A stretch of 34,078 nt of DNA from Octopus bimaculoides (lineage: Eukaryota). The stretch lies in the NCBI RefSeq assembly GCF_001194135.2, contig NC_068984.1:92349130-92383207 (forward strand), read 5' to 3'. The translations under genes and the position numbers were made by a program. Position 1 is the stretch's first letter; every line of letters begins with the position of its first letter. Shown piece by piece: positions 11,816 to 22,487 of the stretch. A model generated the notes under the pieces. The model was given only the letters and a program-made list of their open reading frames with translations. It had not been told where the DNA came from and searched no databases.

Positions 11816-12150
11816 NNNNNNNNNNNNNNNNNNNNNNNNNNNNNNNNNNNNNNNNNNNNNNNNNNNNNNNNNNNNNNNNNNNNNNNNNNNNNNNNNNNNN
11901 NNNNNNNNNNNNNNNNNNNNNNNNNNNNNNNNNNNNNNNNNNNNNNNNNNNNNNNNNNNNNNNNNNNNNNNNNNNNNNNNNNNNNNNNNNNNNNNNNNNN
12001 NNNNNNNNNNNNNNNNNNNNNNNNNNNNNNNNNNNNNNNNNNNNNNNNNNNNNNNNNNNNNNNNNNNNNNNNNNNNNNNNNNNNNNNNNNNNNNNNNNNN
12101 NNNNNNNNNNNNNNNNNNNNNNNNNNNNNNNNNNNNNNNNNNNNNNNNNN

Positions 12151-12728
12151 CCCGTTCGGGAAACGATGCAGCCAGGAATTGAACGCGACGGAAGTTCCTG
12201 GCTCTCACCCACAAATTCGCCTATTTTTCATTTGCGATCGTGTAACAGGCATGCGTTTCCTTGTTGACACTGGCGCGGAAGTCAGCATAATCCCTGTTTC
12301 TTGCACTTCAGGCAAAAGAAAAGAGACACCAGTCTGTTTTCAAGCAGTCAACCACTCACCGATTCCGACACCTACGGTGAACAGTCCTTAGCACTAAACT
12401 TAGGACTATGCCGCACCTTCCTGTGGGTATTCGTCATCGCTACACTGCCGACTCTTGTCTTAGGAGCCCTGTCTTAGGAGCCGATTTCTTTCATCATTTC
12501 GGTCTCCTGGTAGATATCAAGCACAGAAGACTTGTCGACAGCACCACTCAGCTCACTGTGTGCAGTATAACTGCTCGTATGGTGACAGTCAGCCCAACCA
12601 TTTTGCAAACAACGACAACCCGTCACAGTGCTATCCTTAAAGAATACCCGGACGTCGCTCGACCAGTATTCCATAGTCAGCCTATCAAGCAAGATGTCAC
12701 CCACCACATCAAGACCCGCGGTGGATAG
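12151..12728 (+). pseudogene. Gypsy aspartic protease remnant and pre-RT linker
   Basis: LFFICDRVTGMRFLVDTGAEVSIIP (DTG at 12266-12274), PVLGADFFHHFGLLVDIKHRRLVD, then VTHHIKTRG, where RT would normally begin. Confidence 0.9.
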
Positions 12729-12894
12729 TGTCATGTAGCGGATTTTCTGGTGTATACAACACGCAAATGCAAGTGTCGATTAAATAAATTATTTAAACCA
12801 CAATCTGATGCTTTCCCATTGTTTTACTTTGATGTCATCCACTTTTCTATTTCATCTGCTACCTCAACATTTTTTGCTACACCATCCCACTATA
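12729..12894 (+). mobile_element. 3' LTR of the Gypsy element
   Basis: TGTCATGTAGCGGATTT to CCCACTATA shares long blocks with the 5' LTR, e.g. ATTTAAACCACAATC and ATGCTTTCCCATTGTTTTACTTTGATGTC, with clear divergence elsewhere. Confidence 0.85.
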
Positions 12895-13156
12895 TGTGTT
12901 TTATAGTGAAAACAAAATTTTCATTCAAATGGCAATTACCGGACGATTTTCTGTTCGAGTCTGACCGTTTTAAGTTGAGAAATTTACTGTAGTTTGGACA
13001 CATGAGTATATCAGCTGGCGGGCGCAATAAAATGGGCTTGCTACAAATATATCAATAGTTATGCAGATAGTTGGACAACGGAAAGTGTAGTTTGTTTATA
13101 TATTTTTTATTTTTTAAAATACCCTCTCTTAACGCATGTGCTTTTTTGCAATTAGA

Positions 13157-13177
13157 CAGATAGATAGATAGATAGAA

Positions 13178-13241
<64 letters not shown>
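13157..13241. repeat. (GATA)n/(GA)n compound microsatellite
   Basis: Direct reading. Confidence 0.97.
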
Positions 13242-13245
<4 letters not shown>

Positions 13246-13540
13246 TGTGACAGTGTGTGCTGACTGAAAGGAACGCTGGAGTAGAAAACAGTTACATAAT
13301 TTTAAACGTCGTATACTAGAATATTGTGACGAAGTTTAGTTGTTGTTACAAGTAATATACGACCGTTTCTATATATTCAATCCGACAATGTATCTATGTG
13401 AATTGTTAGATTCAGTGATGGATAGAAGATAGAAAGATGGATGACGAGATAGAGTGACGCAGTTAAGTATAAGTAAAATAACCAAAGCAAATAACAGTTG
13501 GTGTTACTTGTACCATTCTATGAATATGTAGTAGCACAAA

Positions 13541-13868
13541 GATGAAGGCGCATGGCCTAATGGTTAGGGCATTCGGCTCACGATCGTAAGGTCGTGAGTT
13601 CAATTCCCAGCGACGCGTTGTGTCCTTGAGCAAGACACTTTATTTCACGTTACTCCATTCCACTCAGCTGGCAAAAATGAGTAGTACCTGTACTTCAAAA
13701 AAGGGCCAGCCTTGTCACATTCTGTGTCACGCTGAATCTCCCTGAGAACTACGTTAGGGGTACACGTGTTTGTGGAATGCTCAGCCACTTACACGTTAAT
13801 TGCACGTGCAAGCTGTTCCGTTGATCGTATCAGCTGGGACCCTCGTCGTCATAACCGACGGAGTGCTT
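13541..13868 (+). mobile_element. tRNA-derived SINE, family C (CORE-like), full length
   Basis: A box TGGCCTAATGGTTAGG, B box GAGTTCAATTCC, central GTTGTGTCCTTGAGCAAGACACTTT, and a T-rich end at about 13868-13879. Confidence 0.85.
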
Positions 13869-14007
13869 CTTTTTTTTTTCAGTAGCACAAAGGCTAGAGC
13901 CATCCTGGGGCATCGCAATTCTCTTCTTTCTTTTTAGATATTTGGTTTAAATGTTTGTATTATTAGAGTAGACAGATACATACATCGACAGAAATGTATG
14001 TAGAATA

Positions 14008-14008
14008 C

Positions 14009-14091
<83 letters not shown>

Positions 14092-14124
14092 TGACAGACA
14101 GACTGATTGATTGATTGATTGATT
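14008..14124. repeat. (GATA)n grading into (GACA)/(GATT)n
   Basis: Direct reading. Confidence 0.97.
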
Positions 14125-14332
14125 GCCCCTTCAATACTGCTTATGTAGATTTTTACATCTCAAGAATCAAATACTTCAGAAAAATATACAATTTCATCAT
14201 ATAGTCTTCAAAATAATCATGTAATTTCCACTAGTACTGCTAATATTAATTTATTGCAAAAGTAAAAAATGAAAACAAACATCGATGATACTCGAAATAG
14301 GAATAACACTTCGATATCAGTAACGAACATAA

Positions 14333-14516
14333 AAGTAGGGGGCAAGTCGATTTCATTGACCCCAGTGCTTGATTGATACTTATTTTATAGACCGCAAAAG
14401 GATGAGACGCAATGTCGACATCAGCAAAATTTGAACTCAGAACGCACGTAAAGACGGACGAAATGCTGCTAATCATTTTGTCCGGCGTGCAAACTATTTT
14501 TGTCAGCTCGCTGCAT
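14333..14516 (-). mobile_element. SINE family A
   Basis: Reverse-complement match to 2505-2732 (TTGACCCCAGTG, AATTTGAACTCAGAACG, GTCAGCTCGC). Confidence 0.75.
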
Positions 14517-14520
14517 TATT

Positions 14521-14910
14521 TTATTCTTCCATTCATATACTTGTTTCAGTCATTTGACTGCCACCATGCTGGAGCAACGCCTTTAGTCGAACAAATCGAC
14601 CCCAGAAGTTGTTCTTTGTAAACCTAGTACTTGTTCTATCGGTCTCTTTTGCCGAACCGCTAGTTTACAGGGACGTAAACACACCAACATCGGTTGTCAA
14701 GCAATGGTGGGGGACAAACACAGGTACACAAATACATACATGTGCGACAGGCTTCTTTAAGTTTCCGTCTACCAAATCCACTCACAATGCTTTGATCGGC
14801 CCGAGGTTATAGTAAAAGATACTTGCTCAAGGCGCCACGCAATGGGACTGAACCCGGAAGCATGTGGTTGGGAAGCAAGCTTCTTACCACACAGCCACTT
14901 CTACGCCTAT
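14521..14910 (-). mobile_element. tRNA-derived SINE, family B, near full length
   Basis: Minus strand: GTGGCTGTGTGGTAAGAAGCTTGCTT head, GGGTTCAGTCCCA B box, GAGTGGATTTGGTAGACGGAAACT body and GCAGTCAAATGACTGAAACAAG 3' end. Confidence 0.85.
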
Positions 14911-14929
14911 ATTAATGTGGCAAGCATTA

Positions 14930-15095
14930 GTAATAATAATAATAATAATCCTTCTTACAAAAGGCTCAAGGCTTGAAATTTTTAGGGGAGGGAGCTAGTC
15001 GTTTTAATCGACCCTAGTACTCAACTGCTACTTATTTTATTGACCCCGAAAGAATTAGAAATAAAATTGACCACGGTGGAATTTGAACTCAGCAC
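14930..15095 (-). mobile_element. SINE family A, 5'-truncated
   Basis: (AAT)n tail side at 14930 and ACTTATTTTATTGACCCCGAAAG core. Confidence 0.75.
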
Positions 15096-15142
15096 GAAAG
15101 TTGTTCCCTCAGCCTCCCATGTAAACTACTAAATTTCTTTAA

Positions 15143-15868
15143 TCAGTACCCTTGAACTAAATCTGGTGTAACATTCCTACTTCCAGAAAATGAAGAAACA
15201 AATGAACCAAAAAATTACAGACCCATAACCTGCTAACAACAATGTTTAAAATACTAACATCTGTCTTGATTGAATATACCTATAGTTTTTTTAATAGAAA
15301 GTGCCATATTCCCTAATGAGCAAAACGGATGTAAAGATCAGCTACTCGTCAATAAGATGAACTTAGAAGATTGTCACAAACGACACAAAAACTTGTCGAT
15401 AGCCGGGATGGGCTATTAAAAAGTTTTTGATAGTTTACCACATAGCTTGATTAAGAAATGTCTAGAAATGTATAAAATAGCACCTACTCTGCGAAACGTC
15501 TCGTGTGTAAGTATGAGATCATGGAAAACCACACTGACTTGGGACAGTGACAATGAATTTCTCAATGCTGGAGATGTAAGAATTTCATGTGGCATTTTCC
15601 AGGGTGACTACCTATCACCACTCCTCTTTTGTCTAGCCTTAATGCATCTCTCGAAATTGCTCGATGATTTACAATACGGCTACAAAATGTTTGATAAAAA
15701 TAAAAATCATCTCATTTACATGGATGATTTAAAGCTCTTTGCAAAAAATGACCAACAACTACAGGGCTAACTAGCGATTGTTAAACAATTCAGTGATGAC
15801 ATCAGAATGCAATTTGGCCTCGATAAATGTGCAAAAGCTACCTTTATCAAAGGAAAATGACAGAAACA
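15143..15868 (+). pseudogene. R4/Dong-type (R2 superfamily) LINE reverse transcriptase remnant
   Basis: GVTFLLPENEETNEPKNYRPITC, FDSLPHS, GIFQGDYLSPLLFCLAL, HLIYMDDLKLFAKN and FGLDKCAKATF, with stops and frameshifts. Confidence 0.9.
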
Positions 15869-15921
15869 TTCAATCTTTGATGCTGTGTGGCATCTTCGCT
15901 TGCCTTCGGCGAGTTTTCTTG

Positions 15922-16131
15922 TGTGTTCGTTATACGAACAAAATTGTGTATTCGCTGTCTGTGATGGGCGTTTTCGCTTCACCACAGCAGTGAAGACTTT
16001 CGTTTGGCATTTTAGCTAAAAAACTTTGTGTTCGTTATTACGAACAAAATTGCGAGATAGCTGTCTGTAGTGAGCGTTTTCGCTCCACTACAGCAGTGAA
16101 GAGTTTTTGTTGGCATTTTTGCTGAAATTTA
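15922..16131 (+). repeat. Two tandem ~105-bp units upstream of the 16272 ORF
   Basis: TGTGTTCGTT starts at 15922 and 16027; both units share ACGAACAAAATTG, GCGTTTTCGCT, ACAGCAGTGAAGA and TTGGCATTTT. Confidence 0.9.
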
Positions 16132-16271
16132 TTGGAGTACCTTGTTGGAGTACCTCACCAAAGAAATCGGATTCTGTGCCTGTGACTTTTTTCTTTTTTC
16201 TATTCTGTTCCTTGTTTCTTATTTTCATTTTTTCTTCTATCTTTTTTTAACTGTTTTTTTTTCAAACGGAC

Positions 16272-17271
16272 ATGGGATACCCAAAGAAAAAAGAAAACAC
16301 TGTCTTGGAGTGGGAGATTGTCCCACCCAAGCAGTGGCTGAATGACATGGAGAAGAGGCCAGTGGTCATAAGGACCTATACTAGGTCACGCGACGCCATT
16401 GCCCTCTTCGATAAAGAGATAATTGAAGAAGAGCTGGCAAGTTTGTTGCCAGCGAAACATTTTTATATCTCCAGGGGAGTCAAGTACGCAACGGTGTGGT
16501 TGCTATTTGACTCCCNNNNNNNNNNNNNNNNNNNNNNNNNNNNNNNNNNNNNNNNNNNNNNNNNNNNNNNNNNNNNNNNNNNNNNNNNNNNNNNNNNNNN
16601 NNNNNNNNNNNNNNNNNNNNNNNNNNNNNNNNNNNNNNNNNNNNNNNNNNNNNNNNNNNNNNNNNNNNNNNNNNNNNNNNNNNNNNNNNNNNNNNNNNNN
16701 NNNNNNNNNNNNNNNNNNNNNNNNNNNNNNNNNNNNNNNNNNNNNNNNNNNNNNNNNNNNNNNNNNNNNNNNNNNNNNNNNNNNNNNNNNNNNNNNNNNN
16801 NNNNNNNNNNNNNNNNNNNNNNNNNNNNAAAAGACAAAAAAGAGAAAGAAAAGAAACGGGAGACGGACGGCGAACATCACTGTGCCGCCGACCGAACCCG
16901 AGGCCCCTCCGGTGGGAAGTGTGCCACCGGAGTGGGAGGCTCTGCCAGTGGGAATTGTGCCACTGACAGACCAGGTTGCAGTCCCTCCTGGTGACGAGGA
17001 AACAGAGATTATCCTTTGTTACCTCAAGGGAGGGGCCGTTGAGCCTTATTTGGATGTTGTTTTGAAACGACAACGTTATAACTCGGTCGTTATAGACCAT
17101 CCAAGTTGGCCTCCGCAAGTTTGTGCGGAGGTCAGAAATGTCAGCGAAAAGACTGAGATTGAAAGGATTTGCGACAAGGAGGACTTTACCTTCATTGATT
17201 CGGGCCAGCCAATGCAGGTTTTCCTGCAGGCAGCAGGAATCTTGCTTGAGGGCCTGGATGAAGAGGACTAA
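16272..17271 (+). CDS. Single ORF of a LINE-ORF1-like element (interrupted by gap 16516-16828); possible HAL1-type ORF1-only retroelement
   Basis: Open frame MGYPKKKENTVLEWEIVPP...YISRGVKYATVWLLFDS before the gap. After the gap come a basic KKRKKR tract, a Pro-rich linker and a C-terminus ending GLDEED*. A ~200-nt 3' UTR follows with two AATAAA (17474, 17484). Frame continuity across the gap cannot be verified and the ORF1 identity is inferred. Confidence 0.55.
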
Positions 17272-17488
17272 TTTTTAATTGGATTTGTGAACTTTTAATT
17301 TTAAATTGAATTGATGAATTTGTATTGACTTTAATTGTGAATTCGAGGGGTTTTGGGTCGGCTTGCGCCGAATACCCCTCTCATTTATATCATTCGAAAT
17401 TTTTCATTTCATTTCATTAATGTAACTAACCAGCCCGCATTGCTCCTTTTTTCTGTGTAAGGCCGTCATGGCCAATAAAATGAAATAA

Positions 17489-17751
17489 AGTAGCTTGCTT
17501 GCCAACCACATGGTTCTGGGTTCAGTCCCACTGCGTAGCACCTTGGGCAAGTGTCTTCTACTATAGCTTCGGGCCGACCAAAGCCTTGTGAGTGGATTTG
17601 GTAGATGGAAACTGAAAGAAACCCGTCGTATATACGTATATATATATATATATGTATGTGTGTGTATATGTTTGTGTGTCTGCGTTTGTCCCCTCCCCAA
17701 CATCGCTTGACAACCGATGCTGGTGTGTTTATGTCTCCGTAACTTAGCGGT
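17489..17751 (+). mobile_element. SINE family B lacking its A box
   Basis: GTAGCTTGCTTGCCAACCACATGGTTCTGGGTTCAGTCCCACTGCG, ACCTTGGGCAAGTGTCTT and TGGATTTGGTAGATGGAAACTGAAAG. Confidence 0.85.
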
Positions 17752-18499
17752 GTCCATCTCCCATGTTCCTGCCTTTAGGCTTTTACACGCCAGCTCAATT
17801 TGAANNNNNNNNNNNNNNNNNNNNNNNNNNNNNNNNNNNNNNNNNNNNNNNNNNNNNNNNNNNNNNNNNNNNNNNNNNNNNNNNNNNNNNNNNNNNNNNN
17901 NNNNNNNNNNNNNNNNNNNNNNNNNNNNNNNNNNNNNNNNNNNNNNNNNNNNNNNNNNNNNNNNNNNNNNNNNNNNNNNNNNNNNNNNNNNNNNNNNNNN
18001 NNNNNNNNNNNNNNNNNNNNNNNNNNNNNNNNNNNNNNNNNNNNNNNNNNNNNNNNNNNNNNNNNNNNNNNNNNNNNNNNNNNNNNNNNNNNNNNNNNNN
18101 NNNNNNNNNNNNNNNNNNNNNNNNNNNNNNNNNNNNNNNNNNNNNNNNNNNNNNNNNNNNNNNNNNNNNNNNNNNNNNNNNNNNNNNNNNNNNNNNNNNN
18201 NNNNNNNNNNNNNNNNNNNNNNNNNNNNNNNNNNNNNNNNNNNNNNNNNNNNNNNNNNNNNNNNNNNNNNNNNNNNNNNNNNNNNNNNNNNNNNNNNNNN
18301 NNNNNNNNNNNNNNNNNNNNNNNNNNNNNNNNNNNNNNNNNNNNNNNNNNNNNNNNNNNNNNNNNNNNNNNNNNNNNNNNNNNNNNNNNNNNNNNNNNNN
18401 NNNNNNNNNNNNNNNNNNNNNTATGCACATTGTTGTTTCTTCTCGATCTCTCGCTTATACATCAATAATAATTATAAATTATAAATACGAAAGAAACAT

Positions 18500-18975
18500 C
18501 AACACATGTCCATGGCCGGTGTTCTGTCAAAAAGTAAACGTTGTAAAGACGGACCCATAACAAAACCAACCAAAAAATAACGATGGACAGATAACCATAA
18601 ATAATATGAAAAAGTTGATTTGTGATTTACACACACTACTATGAAACACTCCTCCAAAAACATATAGGATAAAACTCATACAGTAAATACCCGGTAGAAT
18701 AAACAAAGCCTACAGCATGTGCCATAATAGTCCGATACCCAAGAGAAGAACACAATCTGCACTGCACAAGCACACAATAGAAAAACTAATACAACAAAAG
18801 ACTCAAGCCAAAAGCCATAACAAAACATACTGATGCAATACAATATTCCCGAAGGGAAAAAAGGGAAAAAATGAAACACCCCATCCCCAACACACACACA
18901 CTTCACCAACATAAAAGTGCAGCAGGTGATGTAATAGAAAGTTACTTGAAACTACCAGATGTCGAAAAATAATAG
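18500..18975 (+). mobile_element. Probable R4/Dong LINE 3' UTR
   Basis: A/C-rich tract ending GTGCAGCAGGTGATGTAATAGAAA, homologous to the 3' end at about 22980-23010 that follows an RLE domain. Confidence 0.5.
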
Positions 18976-19004
18976 TGGTGATGACGATGGTAACAAATGT
19001 TGCC

Positions 19005-19200
19005 TTACCTTAAGATTTGAACAGATGGATAAAGAAGATAGGCATAAAACCCAGTCTAGCATAGCACCAGAAAACATTGTTGTTAAGGACAACTAGGATA
19101 CTTAGGAGGAAACTTGACATCTAAGGTTACTTGTTGCAGCCCGATGTTAGGATTTTTTTCTTTTCCAACATTTTAATCTGTTGTCTGTATATGAATAATA
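19005..19200 (+). mobile_element. Extreme 3' end of an R4/Dong LINE
   Basis: QWIKKIGIKPSLA*HQKTLLLRTTRILRRKLDI* matches the RLE C-terminus (QK.ALLGTA.ILR), followed by the 3' hairpin at 19125-19141. Confidence 0.75.
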
Positions 19201-19393
19201 ACAACAATAATAATAGTTTCAAATTTTAGCACTAGGCCAGCAATTTAGGGGTAAATCAATTACATAGACGCCAGTACTCAACTGGTATTTATTTTATCGA
19301 CCCCGAAAGGATGAATTTGAACTCAGAAGTAAAGACGGACGAAATGCCGCTAAACATTTTTCCCGGTGTCTTAACGATTCTACCAGCACGCCG
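19196..19393 (-). mobile_element. SINE family A with internal deletion
   Basis: TATTTTATCGACCCCGAAAGGATGAA joined directly to TTTGAACTCAG, then GACGGACGAAATGCCGCTAA. Confidence 0.75.
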
Positions 19394-19395
19394 TA

Positions 19396-19450
19396 TTCTG
19401 GACCAAAGCGTTGAGTGAATTTGGTAAATGGAAACTGAAAGAATCCCGTC

Positions 19451-19497
<47 letters not shown>

Positions 19498-19551
19498 AGC
19501 ATATATCTGTGTGTTTTCGTCTGTGTTTGTCCCACCACCATCGCTTGACAA
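19396..19551 (+). mobile_element. SINE family B internal fragment with (AT)n
   Basis: GACCAAAGCGTTGAGTGAATTTGGTAAATGGAAACTGAAAG and TGTGTTTGTCCCACCACCATCGCTTGACA. Confidence 0.75.
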
Positions 19552-19559
19552 AGATTTTT

Positions 19560-20432
19560 CTATAAACTTCATTGTGTTACTTTGTAAAATAAACATCAAT
19601 AACCTACAGGGAAATTAAATGGAATACATTTGATGACCGTTTTCGAAGGCATTCATGCATACTTCCACTCCTTCTAACTCCAAGAAAACTAACACTGGAG
19701 TTTCTGAACGCTGTACCTTGAAGAACAACCGCAAGAGGGGTAAGCCCTGTTCATTGTGCAATAGCATGATTCAAGTCAATTCCGTCAAGTATCAATCATA
19801 ACAGAAATGTTATGATTTATACAGAAGTGGGACGTAAAGAGTTTCCCATTTGGTGTACGCAGCAGAATGCATCAACGACAACTTGGTTTGTATTGGTTAT
19901 ACAACAAAACAATTAAACAAAAGATTCAATGTAGACATCAGGCACAATAGCAATAGTTCGACAGAACTTGACGAACATTTTACATCGAACAACTGCAATT
20001 TTGAAAAAGACTTGAAAGTGCATATTCTCAGAAAACATTCTGAATCTACTACACTTTCAGTCCTCAAAATGTATGAGGACAAATATGTTTGTGAGTTATT
20101 AACATTACGCCCTGGAGGAATGAACAAAATGACAGGGGAATTTAATCGTATTTGCACAAACCTATTAAATATTCTTCTTTTTCTTTTTCCTTTTTTTTTT
20201 CTCTTTTTATGTATTTACCAGTTGTAAAATTGAAAATAGAAGACTGTTATTCCATCAAAGTTGGAACACAGGATCTCCTCATTCAAACTTTTGAATTTTA
20301 ATTTCTATAATTTTGAATTTCCTTGTATCTATTTTCCTTTTGAACTCGACAAAGACAGGCAAGCTGTGGAAATATCGTTCAAGTCAATCAAATGGCTATT
20401 GTAATCGCATCGCTCTTTTCATATTGTCTAAT
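19560..20432 (+). mobile_element. Penelope-like element 3' part: GIY-YIG endonuclease remnant plus pLTR with hammerhead-like motif
   Basis: VYAAECINDNLVCIGYTTKQLNKRF, ELDEHF, DLKVHIL and EDKYVCELLTLRPGGMN form the canonical PLE GIY-YIG pattern. The 3' UTR is homologous to the palindrome arms at 27838-28108. Confidence 0.9.
20340..20382 (+). ncRNA. Degenerate minimal type I hammerhead (U3-A8 type, U4 mutated to C)
   Basis: Stem I TTGAAC/GTTCAA, core TCGACAA, extra A, stem II GACAG/CTGTG, GAAA, zero-loop ATAT stem III and AUC triplet. Confidence 0.55.
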
Positions 20433-20444
20433 AATAATAATAAC

Positions 20445-20502
<58 letters not shown>

Positions 20503-20505
<3 letters not shown>

Positions 20506-21900
20506 TGGAACATGAGCGATATAAGGAAGATTGACAGGAAAATCCCTAAGCAGCTGACTTGCAATAAGATGCATCATCCAAAAAACAAATGCAGATCGTC
20601 ATTACCTATCAGAGTTCAATGAGGTCAAGGCTTGATTCAATTTGAAATCTCTTACAAAACCACCACAACTGTACTCGCAAAATATCTTGAAACATCTAAC
20701 CACTGGATGCTAAAGCTAGTTGAAAACCACGGGAGATGTAAAAAGTTTCATTCAGTAATGAAGGAGAGCACAAAAATTGCTAATGAGTTTATGCATAATA
20801 CCCAGGCTAAACAGTATGCTGGAAGTGCAGCAACTGTAGCTGTAAAGAAGGTGAAATCAGTAACAAAGAAAAATGCGTTTGAGCAATTGGCTGATAGGTG
20901 GGAGCAAAAACCTCTGCATGGCAAATATGTGGCCCGTAGCAAACAAACTGGTGTAGACCGGAAGCATACTCATTAGTGGATACAGAGCTCAGGGATATGA
21001 GCAGACACTGAAGGATTTATCTTGGCTGCTCAAGATCAGAGCTTATTGACCCGGAACTATCAAGCCAATATGATGAAAAATGGAGTAGACCCGAAGTGCT
21101 GATACTGCAGCAATGAGATTGAAGCAGTAGACCACCTAACCTCTGGATGTAAGGTCTTAGCACCTGTAGATTATAAATTAAGACATGCCAGAGTTGGTCA
21201 ATATCTACATTGGATAATGTGTTGGCATTATAAAATCAAAACTGCTGACAAATGGTACAAGCACCACCCTAAAGCTGTAACTGAGGAAGAAAATGTAACG
21301 ATTCTTTGGGACTTTCCAGTATGTACAGACCGGACCATCAAAGCAAATAAAACAGATATTGTTGTGAAAGACCAAAACAATAAAGTCTGTTTATTGATTG
21401 ATATGAGTCTACCCTGTGACCATAATATCTCAGCAAAAGAATTTGATAAGCTCAGAAAATATAAAGATTTGCTAATCGAAAAGATGTGACATCTCAAGAC
21501 GATTACAATACCAATGATTGTAGGATCACTTGGAATGATTAAAAAAGGAACTGAAAATTATTTAAGAATGATCCTTGGCTTACCATCCATGCAGGAAATG
21601 CAAAACATTGTCTTAACCGGTACGGCACACGTACTGAGAATAGCATTGTCGCTATGAATTTTCTATCCTTTTTTACCCCTTTATTTCCTTTGTTTACATT
21701 TTTATATATTTTTCCTTTTTCTCTCTGTCTTTCTTCCCCTTTTTCTCTATCATATGACTTTGTGAATGAACAATCTGATGTGTTTATTTTAAAGGCCTAC
21801 AATTGTATACAGCGCGTTTCTCTGCGCTAGGTGTCAGGAAGACACTCGGCAAAAAATGAAAACAGAAATGTAAGATGATAATGAAACTAATAATGATAAT
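20503..21900 (+). mobile_element. 5'-truncated R4/Dong LINE (thumb, CCHC, RLE, 3' UTR) abutting (AAT)n
   Basis: WEQKPLHGKY, EGFILAAQDQSLLTRNY, C**CSNEIEAVDHLTSGCKVLA, ILWDFPVCTDRTIKANKTDIVV, CLLIDMSLPCD and MQNIVLTGTAHVLRIALSL*. Confidence 0.92.
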
Positions 21901-21904
21901 CATA

Positions 21905-22114
21905 ATTGTTTCTAGTATAGCCACAGGGCCCGAAATTTTGTGAGAGGGGGCCAGTCTATTATATTGACCCCAGTGCGCAACTGGTACTTATTTCATCGAT
22001 TTCGAAAGGATGAAAGGCAAAGTCGTCTTCGGTGGAATTTGCACTTAGAACGTAGCGACGGGCGAAACACCACTAAGCATTTCATCCAGCGTGCTAACGG
22101 TTTTGCCAGCTCGT

Positions 22115-22116
<2 letters not shown>
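21905..22116 (-). mobile_element. SINE family A
   Basis: ATTGACCCCAGTGCGCAACTGGTACTTATTTCATCG, GAAAGGATGAAAGGCAAAGTCG and GCGTGCTAACGG. Confidence 0.85.

Positions 22117-22210
<94 letters not shown>
22117..22210. repeat. Spacer-less inverted microsatellite (TAT)n/(AAT)n
   Basis: (TAT)n at 22117-22168 is directly followed by (AAT)n at 22169-22210. Confidence 0.95.
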
Positions 22211-22447
22211 CAGTTCTATTATAGACACAAAACCTGAAATTATAGAGAGAGGGGCTAGTCGATTACGTTAACCCCTGTGCGTAAATGGTACTTATTTCAT
22301 CGACTCTAGTATGTAACTGGCACTTATTTCAAAAGGATGAATGGCAAAGTCGACCTCGGTGGAATTTGAACTTAGAACGTAGCGGCGGGCGAAATACCGC
22401 TAAGCATTTCATACAACCTGCTAACTATTCTGCCAGTTTGCCGCCTT
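22200..22447 (-). mobile_element. SINE family A with a small internal duplication
   Basis: The TGGTACTTATTTCA segment appears twice; head end CTGCCAGTTTGCCGCCTT at 22430-22447. Confidence 0.85.
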
Positions 22448-22487
22448 ATCATCATCATCATCAACAACAACAACAACAACAACAACA

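Noticed and set aside
12985-13005. GTAGTTTGGACAC as the partner end of the hAT-like terminus at 10338
   Set aside because: Complementarity to the left end is poor and there is no 8-bp TSD.
13541-13620. tRNA gene calls for SINE heads (also 32789-32860)
   Set aside because: The acceptor stems do not close and each continues into a repeat body; these are tRNA-derived heads.
17404-18560. Long ORFs in the track spanning N-runs, and poly-N/I/Y/H ORFs over triplet repeats throughout
   Set aside because: These are artefacts of gaps and stop-free microsatellites.
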